Both the position numbers and the translations under genes were made by a program. A stretch of DNA of 64,000 bases from the IMG/VR virus record IMGVR_UViG_3300044904_000056, positions 1 to 64,000 of that record; one strand, 5' to 3'. The notes below the pieces were generated by a model, which was not told where the DNA came from, searched no databases, and saw nothing but the letters and a program-made list of their open reading frames with translations. The DNA is from a virus. The first letter of the stretch is position 1. Each line of letters begins with the position of its first letter. Below, piece by piece: positions 29,328 through 37,997 of this stretch.

Positions 29328-31066
29328 GGGCTGAACTCCACTCTTGAAGCCTTATGTTCTTTGATAACAGTCCAAGTCTTAGCTAGCTGGCTTTTCAACC
29401 CACGTTCGTGCGTAACAATGAATACGCTCCCCCGTTGTTCCTGAAGGATACTCAATGCCCGCTCCCTGCCTCCAGCGTCCAGATGGTCGAGCATTTCGTC
29501 AACGAACAGGATGTTAGAAGCCCTCGCAAGCCAGGAGAAAACAAGCAGCACGCAAAGGTCAGCTCTCCGTCTACCTCCTGAAGACTCCCCAATATAGCTG
29601 CTAGCACCAGATGGGCTATTGTACTGAAGGTTGAGTAATTCTCGTTCCTCTCCAGTTTTGGTTTCCTGCGTTGCACTGAGCTGGATTGTCGTCCCATCTC
29701 CAAATATCTCCCTTGAATAGCCTGCGAGCTTGTGGTTGAGAGTTGGGAGGATTTCCCTGATGATGAGCGCCTTGACTCCCCTGGGACCAAACCCTTCCTC
29801 CCAGAAGCGATAGTCTTTCACCCACTGCTCTAGCCGGGATTGCTGCTGTTCAAGGACAAGGAGTCTGGAGAGACTTTTAGAGTAGCTTGTTGCGAGGAGG
29901 TCATGCTGAATAGAAAAGGGAGCGTTACTATTCCCAGATTCCGCCAAACGTGTTTCCAGCCCTTTGAGTAACGACTCCCTTTCTTGGATTTTTCTAAAGT
30001 ATCCCTTTTGTTTTTCTTGTAGGCGCTTTAGTCTGCTGCGCCCATAGGCTACCTCCTCTTCAAGCTGTCTTGCAGCCAGTTTCGCTTTCGAGAGGCGAGT
30101 CTTCCATTGCTGCCTTTCGGACACGACGTGTTTACGGAATGCCTGAACGGAATCTTCGCCTATCTGCTGACCACAAGCAGTACATCTTCGCCCAATCAAC
30201 CTCTGCCGGCTATGGAGTTGTGCCTTCAGCTGGGCTAAAGTCTCACGGCACAAAGAGATTTCCGCCACGCCTTGTCCCAATTGGACAGACTTCTCCTGTA
30301 CCTGCTGCTCTAACTTCCCCAGCTTACTTGCAGGCACTTTCTCCGGTAGGGAGAGGTGACGGAGCCTTCTCCTAAGTTTACCGATTTGCTCTTTCTCTGT
30401 AAGCTTTTGTTCCCTGACTCTATGGGTTAGGAATTCAAGGTTGGATTTCGTGCCTTTGATAAGGCCCGAAAGGTCACGCTGCTCTAATTGTGCAGCCACC
30501 AGGCTTTTCTCTGCAACAACTCTCCTATCCTTTGCTCTTTCAAGGGCAGAATCGAATTGCTCGAATCGGAGAAACGAGTCAAGGATTCTCTTGCGCTCTG
30601 AATCCGTAAGGAGAGCAAAAGGCTTGCGTCCACCTTCATAACCTCCAAAGACGGTACTGGAGATGAAGCCGGAGAAGTCAACGCCCAATGCAGCTTCCAC
30701 AGCCTGCTGCGTATCTGCCTCATGACGGTACGCCAGCGGCTTTCCTTCGCGGAACAAAAACAACTTATTGGAATGTTTATGGTGTCTACGGTATCGTCGC
30801 ACCACCCAGGCCACTTTCTGCACTCGGAAGCGAACCTCCACGCGGCAATCTTTCTTGCCAGAAAAGCGATAAACGACTTGATCATGTTTAAGACCACGGA
30901 GTGTCCTCCCGTAAAGGCACCAGCTAAGTGCCTCTACCAAAGTTGACTTCCCTACCATGTTGGGCCCTTCAATGCGAACGACTCCCTGCCTATCAAGAGG
31001 GATGCGTTGCCTGCTCTTGTAAGACATGAAATTTGCTAGAATCAAATCTAGGAACCTCACCATCAA
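29324..31066 (-). CDS. sbcC: SbcC/Rad50-like ATPase
   Basis: NFMSY, GPNMVGKST, zinc hook CTACGQ, SSGGRRR, FVDE, VTH. Confidence 0.9.
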   Translation of the reverse strand: MMVRFLDLILANFMSYKSRQRIPLDRQGVVRIEGPNMVGKSTLVEALSWCLYGRTLRGLKHDQVVYRFSGKKDCRVEVRFRVQKVAWVVRRYRRHHKHSNKLFLFREGKPLAYRHEADTQQAVEAALGVDFSGFISSTVFGGYEGGRKPFALLTDSERKRILDSFLRFEQFDSALERAKDRRVVAEKSLVAAQLEQRDLSGLIKGTKSNLEFLTHRVREQKLTEKEQIGKLRRRLRHLSLPEKVPASKLGKLEQQVQEKSVQLGQGVAEISLCRETLAQLKAQLHSRQRLIGRRCTACGQQIGEDSVQAFRKHVVSERQQWKTRLSKAKLAARQLEEEVAYGRSRLKRLQEKQKGYFRKIQERESLLKGLETRLAESGNSNAPFSIQHDLLATSYSKSLSRLLVLEQQQSRLEQWVKDYRFWEEGFGPRGVKALIIREILPTLNHKLAGYSREIFGDGTTIQLSATQETKTGEERELLNLQYNSPSGASSYIGESSGGRRRADLCVLLVFSWLARASNILFVDEMLDHLDAGGRERALSILQEQRGSVFIVTHERGLKSQLAKTWTVIKEHKASRVEFSP

Positions 31067-31314
31067 GTTTCCTTCTGGCTTCTCCTAGTTGTACTGTCTA
31101 CCACTTTAGGATATTGGTAGAATGTTTCCCCAAACTGGGCAAAGAATTGCTCTTCAGTAAGAGGCTCCCAGTCCTTGCAAAGAGCGCATATGCGTGAGGG
31201 TTTTCTCTCATCACTCCAAGTATGGAGTACAGCAAGACAAGGCCTCCAAATGTGCTTACAGATTTGGGTTTGTGGGGAGAAAAAATTCTTGAGGCGTTTT
31301 AAGAATGATTTCAT
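31063..31314 (-). CDS. Hypothetical protein
   Basis: Between sbcD and sbcC; CKH...CALC. Confidence 0.5.
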   Translation of the reverse strand: MKSFLKRLKNFFSPQTQICKHIWRPCLAVLHTWSDERKPSRICALCKDWEPLTEEQFFAQFGETFYQYPKVVDSTTRRSQKET

Positions 31315-32343
31315 CTAGACATCTCCTTCATACAGCCTTAGCCCTAGCTTGCGTGTTTGAGTTCGGCAATTCTTTCGTTTAGCATATCGCTGTATTGCTC
31401 GGAGGGGGTTGAAGGCCAGAGAGCTTGTAGATATTTCACCAGACTCATCCTCTCGTCTAGCTTCAAGTTTGAATCGGATGCCCAAAGATTTCGCAGCCGC
31501 TTCAATATATGCCTGTCGGCTAGAACTTCCCGTTGAAATTTGGACTGAATAGTAGTCATTTTCGTGCTCCTTAGTTTTCTCTTTCAACTGCTCAACGCTC
31601 GAAACCTTGATCCTGTGGAACTGAGGGAGCCCAGTGTGCACTTTTTTGAGACCTTTGTCAGATACTATCCAGATTCCCGGATGGTGGATTTCTCCAAAAG
31701 AGTGCTGTAAAGGACTCCCTAGATATAAAACGCCCTTTGCGAGAAACTGAGAATGGTGGTAGTCGCTGAGTAGGACTAGGCGGAATTCCCGGTAGCGGAG
31801 GTCCCGGAGCTTGATAGGATTCCTAACGAGATAGCCTTTGGGCCCTGTCTTTGCTCCCTGCACTCCGCAATGAGCAACCAGACAGTACTCTTTAGAGGCT
31901 TGGAGGGATTTGATGGTCTCTTTGAATCGCTCCGGGGAAGACATCCAAGGTACGACCCAGACGCAGCCCCAGACCAGCGCAGGCTTCTCTATCACCCTGG
32001 CTATCTTCCGGAATGGGGTGAGAGAGTGGCAGAGCTTACCGTCTAGTTCTGCATAGACATCGTGGTTCCCGAGGTTGATGACGATTTCCAGACCCGCGTC
32101 GTATAGCATCTCCAGCTTCCGGTAGAGAGCATTGTACGTCTCAACTTCAATCCACCCACTGTCCTCTAGAATATCCCCGTTCAGGAGGATTCTCTTGATC
32201 TGATGCTCTCTCGCTGTTTTGAGGATGGTGTCAAACACCTTGAGGCAATTATAGAGGCGTGAGTTCATCCCGTCCTTGCGAGTGTAGGAAAATTGCTGCC
32301 AGCTCTTTACCTGAAGATCACCCGTAGCTACAAAAGGTTCCAC
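31315..32343 (-). CDS. sbcD: SbcD/Mre11-like metallophosphoesterase nuclease
   Basis: GDLQ, NGDI, GNHD, SDYHH, YLGSPLQHSFGE. Confidence 0.88.
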   Translation of the reverse strand: MEPFVATGDLQVKSWQQFSYTRKDGMNSRLYNCLKVFDTILKTAREHQIKRILLNGDILEDSGWIEVETYNALYRKLEMLYDAGLEIVINLGNHDVYAELDGKLCHSLTPFRKIARVIEKPALVWGCVWVVPWMSSPERFKETIKSLQASKEYCLVAHCGVQGAKTGPKGYLVRNPIKLRDLRYREFRLVLLSDYHHSQFLAKGVLYLGSPLQHSFGEIHHPGIWIVSDKGLKKVHTGLPQFHRIKVSSVEQLKEKTKEHENDYYSVQISTGSSSRQAYIEAAAKSLGIRFKLEARREDESGEISTSSLAFNPLRAIQRYAKRKNCRTQTRKLGLRLYEGDV

Positions 32344-32849
32344 TAAGCGTTGCCCTCAATTTGAAATTCTGATGTGAATTCGAGTATCTCAACAGGTATC
32401 GGTTTCGCCTGGTCCTTCGCATGGACACACAGAGCCTTAAATTCTTCCACCGTGCCTGCCCTGCGATATCGCAGCAGGGCTATCGTCGCAGGAAGCACCC
32501 ATAGCTCTAGGCCGATTGCAATTTGTGGGAACTTGAAACGCCCGTCATCTGTCTCGTTCTTGCTGACTCTACACTTTTGCAAAATCACTTAGACGCTCCC
32601 CACATCCGTAGTGTCTGTCTCCATACCAATCTCATAAGGCACTAGTGTTTCGTACACCTTTGTTGTTCGAGCCTTGTTGCAACCCCGACAGCGGTAATGA
32701 TGCCGGCTACCAACATACATCTTTTGAGCCGGAGCAAAGCTAGTCGCAGGTTTGATGTAGGACACCCACTCAATCTTTATTTCCACATCATCGTGGTTGA
32801 AACAATGCAGCAATCGTTCCCAAAATGTCATCTCTTCCCAAGGTTTCAT
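32343..32849 (-). other. Two small hypothetical genes (32343-32588, 32589-32849)
   Basis: Abutting ORFs on the coding strand. Confidence 0.5.
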
Positions 32850-33337
32850 CCGATTTTCACCGTGCGCGGAAACCTCCGCGTCCTTTCCTCGTCTCTGTCT
32901 TTCAGCAGGTACTTCTCGCCCTTGAGAACTTGTTTCATGTTGTCAAGGTGCAATCCGTAAGCTTCCCGTAGGAAACGGAAATCCTCCACATCGTGAGGTA
33001 CTGTTTTTCTGTAGCCCCGGGAGCCTTCCTCGTGGCCGTCTTCGGGGATGTGCACTGCTTCGTGGAGCATCAGGAATACCTTGAAATAGTCCTCCGCAGC
33101 ATCGTACCGCGTTGACCAGACGGATATCACATAGTCATAGTCGGGCAGAAGCAACGACCAGGGTTTGCGGTTCGGATAAATTCTTGCGCCTACCTTGCTA
33201 GACGCGCTGGTATATCCTACCAGAGCTATCCGGCTCGTATGCACGTGCCCGAGGATTGTTGGGAAGAGCTTCTTGGCCCGTTTCAGGTCTGCCCTGTAAT
33301 CGTCTCTCAGCTCCCAGAATTTGCTAGTGCGGCCCAC
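32846..33337 (-). CDS. Putative phage metallopeptidase
   Basis: LMLHEAVHI (HExxH) and PHDVEDF. Confidence 0.75.
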   Translation of the reverse strand: MGRTSKFWELRDDYRADLKRAKKLFPTILGHVHTSRIALVGYTSASSKVGARIYPNRKPWSLLLPDYDYVISVWSTRYDAAEDYFKVFLMLHEAVHIPEDGHEEGSRGYRKTVPHDVEDFRFLREAYGLHLDNMKQVLKGEKYLLKDRDEERTRRFPRTVKIG

Positions 33338-33497
33338 CTACTTTTCCCTCATCATCTTACAGCAGGGGCATCTCCAGGAAACAAATAGGAAATGCCCTAG
33401 CCTAGCCCACCAAGGCCAGCGGTTCATCTGATCTTCATGCTGAGCCATTGCTAGGGCTTTGGGGAAGACTTCCTTTTTGAATCGCTCCCAATTCTCT

Positions 33498-33647
33498 TCA
33501 CTCACGGGGGAATCTCCTTTGCTTCCAGCTATCATACCGTTTCGCGCATTCCTCATTGCAGAAATTCCGGCGGTACTTAGCACTGTAAATATGTGTCGGT
33601 TTCAAGCAGATGCAGGTCTGCTTGTCTAGCCTCGGGAATCGCCTCAT
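33498..33647 (-). CDS. Unannotated 49-aa Cys-rich microprotein flanked by two RFPR motifs
   Basis: TGATG-coupled; MRRFPRLDKQTCICLKPTHIYSAKYRRNFCNEECAKRYDSWKQRRFPRE. Confidence 0.65.
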   Translation of the reverse strand: MRRFPRLDKQTCICLKPTHIYSAKYRRNFCNEECAKRYDSWKQRRFPRE

Positions 33648-33829
33648 CAAGCTTCTTCTGGCCTAGCAATATCAAGTAGCACCTTCAGGTTCTTGCCAGA
33701 TTGCTTGAGAAGGTCCCACATCTTAGTGCAGACTGAAGCGTGATCAACCTTTTCCGCCGCATACTTCTTTCTAGTTTTTCCTGTACGGCTGAATTGTTTC
33801 CCACACTCACAACGTCCTCCGTATTTCAA
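33647..33829 (-). CDS. Small Zn-binding hypothetical protein
   Basis: CECG...H...C; GAGGTG RBS. Confidence 0.5.
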   Translation of the reverse strand: MKYGGRCECGKQFSRTGKTRKKYAAEKVDHASVCTKMWDLLKQSGKNLKVLLDIARPEEA

Positions 33830-33837
33830 TTTTCACC

Positions 33838-34779
33838 TCACTTCGTATCAAGTTCCTCAAATGGTGTAATCCATTGAGCGAAATTCTTCAGTAGTGACTG
33901 GAACGACTTGCTGATGAAGTAGCGCGTAATCTCAGCTTTGTCAATCTTGCCGCGCTGTCGTACAGCCTCAAAGACAACCCGGCGTACCTTTTTCTCTTCT
34001 GGGTGATTATAGGAAGAAACAGAAAGGTCCATAAGCATCAGATTCAAATAGTATCTCTCGCGGACTCCTTTTCCATAGAGCAGCCGGTAGCGGTTGCCCC
34101 GCTTGTAGACTTTCTTCTCCACCTCGGGGGTGAACAGCTCTTCCATATCCTTGTAGGAAGCTAGAAGCTCCCGGATGGTTGTCTCGCCTAGACCTTTAGC
34201 AATTCCTGGAATGTTGTCACTCCCATCTCCTATCGCTGCCCGAAGCTGAAGAAATTGATGCGGGGTGAGTCCCACCTTCTGCCGGAAGTTGCCGTGCGTA
34301 TAGAGTTGCGTCTTTATCGGACTCCATACGCTGGTATTCTCTTGAACCAGTTGGAACATATCCATGTCCGAGGAAACAACAATCCGCTGCCCGTTCAAAG
34401 CTTTCTCCTGGCATATCATAGCTATCAAATCGTCAGCTTCTGTCTGAGGGAAGTACAGCTGCGAAAGATTCAGCTGCCGGAGGACTCGCTGGCACTCCTC
34501 GATTTGAGTGATGGTACTCTGAAATTGTTTTTCCTCTTCCTTCGTAAAGTGCTGATGTCGGTGGGCCTTATATTCAGGGAACTTCTGCTTGCGGTAGGCA
34601 CTATGCCCTGTATCCCAGCAGACAATCCCAACATCCGGCTGAAACTGAGCTAGCATTCCGTGGATAGCATTCAGAGCGCCATAGACAACTTGGACTGGTT
34701 TTCCGTTCGCTGTAAGAATCGGGAGGCGCTTGGCAATGCGCCAACAGAGATTGTGACCGTCAATGATGATGGTTTTCAT
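33838..34779 (-). CDS. 5'-3' exonuclease / flap endonuclease
   Basis: Start MKTIIIDGHN; YKAHR, EADDLIA, SSDMD, GDGSDNIPG. Confidence 0.9.
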   Translation of the reverse strand: MKTIIIDGHNLCWRIAKRLPILTANGKPVQVVYGALNAIHGMLAQFQPDVGIVCWDTGHSAYRKQKFPEYKAHRHQHFTKEEEKQFQSTITQIEECQRVLRQLNLSQLYFPQTEADDLIAMICQEKALNGQRIVVSSDMDMFQLVQENTSVWSPIKTQLYTHGNFRQKVGLTPHQFLQLRAAIGDGSDNIPGIAKGLGETTIRELLASYKDMEELFTPEVEKKVYKRGNRYRLLYGKGVRERYYLNLMLMDLSVSSYNHPEEKKVRRVVFEAVRQRGKIDKAEITRYFISKSFQSLLKNFAQWITPFEELDTK

Positions 34780-35117
34780 ATCAGGTCCATTGTCGCTTGC
34801 CTTCCGTACACTTGTGCCGCTGATAGATACTTCCCATCCTTGTAAGTCATCATTCCCCAAAACCACGAAGCCATATGTTCTGGGCCGCAGCAACAATCTA
34901 TAGTTGCATCTATCATCCAGAGTGCATCGGCTCCAAAGTTCAGACAATTTCTTCCGTAAGCAAGAGAAACTGCACCAAGAGGACTACATGCAACTCCTAC
35001 TGCCTGCTCTAGCCCACATACTTCGCACATCAACTTTTCGCCTCCGGGAAAAGTCTGGTCATGGAGTTCCTTCGCTTTGTGGTAACTAATCAACCCACTC
35101 ATTCCCCCTCCAGACAA
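34776..35117 (-). CDS. Hypothetical protein
   Basis: ORF between recA and the exonuclease. Confidence 0.5.
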   Translation of the reverse strand: MSGGGMSGLISYHKAKELHDQTFPGGEKLMCEVCGLEQAVGVACSPLGAVSLAYGRNCLNFGADALWMIDATIDCCCGPEHMASWFWGMMTYKDGKYLSAAQVYGRQATMDLI

Positions 35118-36163
35118 CTCGCCTTACGCAATGCAGAGTCAATCTCCTCCTGATGCCTCGAATAGTATTTGGCGAGACTGCTGCGGGTCACGACATCCTT
35201 CCCGAAACGGTAAGTGGATTTGTTGCGAGTGAAAACTCCCCGGTCAACTGCGTACTCCCAAACTGCTTGAACTTTGTCTATCCCCTTCCCCCAGAGAATC
35301 GGAAACTGACAGCGCGTTTCATTTAGTCCTACCTTGTTTTTCACCACTTGCAATTCAATGAGTGCTCCGATTCTGTCCCCATCTCCGTTCTTGAGGCTTT
35401 TGATCTTCGCCGTTCGGCAGCGTACCCAGGAGTAGAATTTGAGAGCTTTTCCGCCATAGGTAGTCTCTTTGCTGCCCCAGGTCACGCCTATGTTTGTCCG
35501 GGTTTGATTGACACAGATCAGGCAGACTCCGTTTGTCCGTAGGAACTTCACCATACGCCTGAAAAACCTCGATATTTGCAGAGCTGATCTCCCCATATCG
35601 CTCTTATCCAAGCTGGCTTTTTCCTCTATCTCGCTCCTGGTAGGTGTTGACGCTACAGAATCCCAGCCAAATACGATGGGTGTCGTCTTATCCTTCTCCC
35701 GAAGCGTTTTCACTGTCTCACGGATGTAATCATAAATGTCCTCGATGGTCTCGCACTCGTCAAATATCAGGAGGCGCTTTACGTCAATGCCAACCTTCTT
35801 CATCCGCTTGTAGTTGGCAGAGTATTCGGTCGGAAAAAGTCCTGCATAATAGTCAAGATGTTGAGCTTCCGCTATTATGTTCTCCATCACCCCAGTTTTG
35901 AATGATCCTTCTGGCCCAAATATCTCAATGATCCCAGATGGGAACCCAAGGCCATAGCAAACGCAACAATCTACTGAAATGATCCCGCTTGGGACATAGA
36001 CCAGGGGCTGCGAGAAGATAGAGTTCTCCAGAGTGGTAAGAACCCCATCGCTATGTTCCTTTTCAAACTTCTTATTGATAGCCTCTACTGCTGAGAACAA
36101 AGTCTTGTCCTGTACCCCTTTGTACCCAGATGGGCCTCTGTACCTCGGAAATCTTGGTGGCAT
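35099..36163 (-). CDS. recA: RecA/UvsX recombinase
   Basis: IIEIFGPEGSFKT, WDSVAS, VNQTR, TYGGKALKFYSWVR, VVKNKV. Confidence 0.92.
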   Translation of the reverse strand: MPPRFPRYRGPSGYKGVQDKTLFSAVEAINKKFEKEHSDGVLTTLENSIFSQPLVYVPSGIISVDCCVCYGLGFPSGIIEIFGPEGSFKTGVMENIIAEAQHLDYYAGLFPTEYSANYKRMKKVGIDVKRLLIFDECETIEDIYDYIRETVKTLREKDKTTPIVFGWDSVASTPTRSEIEEKASLDKSDMGRSALQISRFFRRMVKFLRTNGVCLICVNQTRTNIGVTWGSKETTYGGKALKFYSWVRCRTAKIKSLKNGDGDRIGALIELQVVKNKVGLNETRCQFPILWGKGIDKVQAVWEYAVDRGVFTRNKSTYRFGKDVVTRSSLAKYYSRHQEEIDSALRKASCLEGE

Positions 36164-36376
36164 GCTATTCCCCGCCTAGGAACTTGCCTTCAATCTCGTT
36201 CAGTTTTCGGACATCATCCAACGTTGTTGTACCTTCAAGGAGGTGGTCGCATACCTCCTTGAAAGTGTCGAGGTCTGATTCAGTCATCAGAGGAGTAACC
36301 GTCCTGAGAAATGCGACTGTTGAAGAGATTGCTCCACTGAATGACTCAATCATTTTGTTCCCTTCTCCTGTTCGCG

Positions 36377-37330
36377 TTAGTGATGATGATGATGATGTTG
36401 CTTCTTTTTGCGCTCTATCTTACGCTGAAGCTCCTTGTACTGCTTTTCAAGGTCATCCTCATCTGAACTGTCTTCAGAATGGTCGCTGTTATCGGACTTA
36501 TCGCTGCTATCCTCGGATTTGTCAGAAGCATCCGAATCATCGGACGCATCAGACTTATCCGCATCGGAGCTATCATCTGAGTAGTCACTTCCGTCCTCCT
36601 CAGCCGCTATGTGTTTCGCAACCTTCTCCATCTTAGCAACGAAGGTTTCAATCTCTTCGCTGCTGCTCGCACTGACGATTTCATCCAGGTTGGTCAAGGT
36701 CTTGAGGAGCTTATGCCGCTCGTGCTCGTCTGAGGAGATTGGCGTCTCCTTCTCCATAACCTTGAAGTGGTAGTCCGTATCGTCCCGCCCCTTGCCTTCC
36801 CGCTTCACACGGATCAGCCGGCCATATTTCGGATGGGCTACTCCTAGGACTGATTTCCTCCGGTAGTCATCGTCAGAGAAAATTTCTAGCACAAGATTCT
36901 GCCATTTAGCAGAAAGCCGCAGGAGCTTGAATTGCCTATCCTCATACTTCCGGACTTCAATCGTACCATCGCTATGTTTCTTGACCTTGGCTCGGAGGAT
37001 GTTCCAGATACTCTCAGATTTCTGCCGTAGCAGCCCAAATAGAGCCTTAGCAACGGGCGAGCGTTCCTTCTTGACTTCCTCCCAACGGCGGCAGGCTTTG
37101 CACTTCCCTGGCTTGCCTGTCTTCTCGTCAACATCGTTCTTTCCACAGTAGACTTTGTTCTTGAAATCTCCATGGAAGAGAACATCCTTCCAAACTTCGC
37201 CATCCTTCTCCCAAGGAGGCCCAATGCGGAAGTACCATTCTCCTGGGTCAAAGCTCGTCCAGGGGCGGCCACTTGTTTTCTTCTTCCTCTTGGAAAGTTC
37301 CTCACGAATTTCTTCAGCCGTCTTCGTCAC
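36377..37330 (-). CDS. Single-stranded DNA-binding protein (gp32-like) with Ser/Asp tail
   Basis: FRIGPP, C...CKAC, HPKYGRLIRVKREGKG.DTDY, acidic tail, position beside recA. Confidence 0.7.
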   Translation of the reverse strand: MTKTAEEIREELSKRKKKTSGRPWTSFDPGEWYFRIGPPWEKDGEVWKDVLFHGDFKNKVYCGKNDVDEKTGKPGKCKACRRWEEVKKERSPVAKALFGLLRQKSESIWNILRAKVKKHSDGTIEVRKYEDRQFKLLRLSAKWQNLVLEIFSDDDYRRKSVLGVAHPKYGRLIRVKREGKGRDDTDYHFKVMEKETPISSDEHERHKLLKTLTNLDEIVSASSSEEIETFVAKMEKVAKHIAAEEDGSDYSDDSSDADKSDASDDSDASDKSEDSSDKSDNSDHSEDSSDEDDLEKQYKELQRKIERKKKQHHHHHH

Positions 37331-37341
37331 TATTGCCTCCC

Positions 37342-37797
37342 TTAGTAATCACCTTTTTCCTTGCGCTGGTTAGCATTCAACGATTGGAGCATAGACAACC
37401 GTTGTGTAAACGCGCGCTCAGCAAACTTTAACAGCCTTTCCGAGTCCTGCCACTTCCGGAGTTTCCGGTGAAGCCTCTGATATTTTGAATTGCGGACAAC
37501 GTAGTAGCGGATGTCTGTTACCCGCGTCCCTTTCTTCCCCTCACGAAGCATATTGGCATAGCGGATGAAGAGGTCAGCTTGCAGCTTCTCCATCACCTCT
37601 TCTAGCTTCGCTACCTTTCCTGATACTCTAGCCAACAATCCTGTCCATCTACCATATTTATCTGCTGCCACCTCCATCTCGTGGTCTAGATTGTCAAGGT
37701 GAATTTTCAACTCCGCATTGAGATCCTGACTCTTTATCCCGTGCACGAGAATTACCGGGGGGTCAGACTCCGAATTTTGCTTCTCTTTCCGCGACAA
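37342..37797 (-). CDS. UvsY-like recombination mediator
   Basis: Helical protein ending AFTQRLSMLQSLNANQRKE, next to SSB and RecA. Confidence 0.5.
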   Translation of the reverse strand: MSRKEKQNSESDPPVILVHGIKSQDLNAELKIHLDNLDHEMEVAADKYGRWTGLLARVSGKVAKLEEVMEKLQADLFIRYANMLREGKKGTRVTDIRYYVVRNSKYQRLHRKLRKWQDSERLLKFAERAFTQRLSMLQSLNANQRKEKGDY

Positions 37798-37983
37798 GGA
37801 TGTGCTCCTTCATAATCTCAAAGCCGATGTCTTGCAAAGAAAGTTCTACATCAGGAACATCAAGTAGTGCGATTTGGTTCCGTTTCCCTTCAATGCGAAT
37901 AGCTTCTCCCATCACAAGCCTGCGAAACTGATCTCCTGATAAACTGATTCGAATAACTTCACCCATATCCGCTCCTGTTCTAA

Positions 37984-37992
37984 ATAGAACGC
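37984..37992 (-). promoter_or_regulatory. GCGTTCTAT upstream motif copy 3
   Basis: GCGTTCTATTTAGAACAGGAGCGGATATG, preceding the 37763-37966 ORF. Confidence 0.7.
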
Positions 37993-37997
37993 CTGTC

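Noticed and set aside
36377-36400. C-terminal His6 on SSB as a cloning artefact
   Set aside because: There is no vector context, and similar His tracts occur in the 49126-50304 protein.
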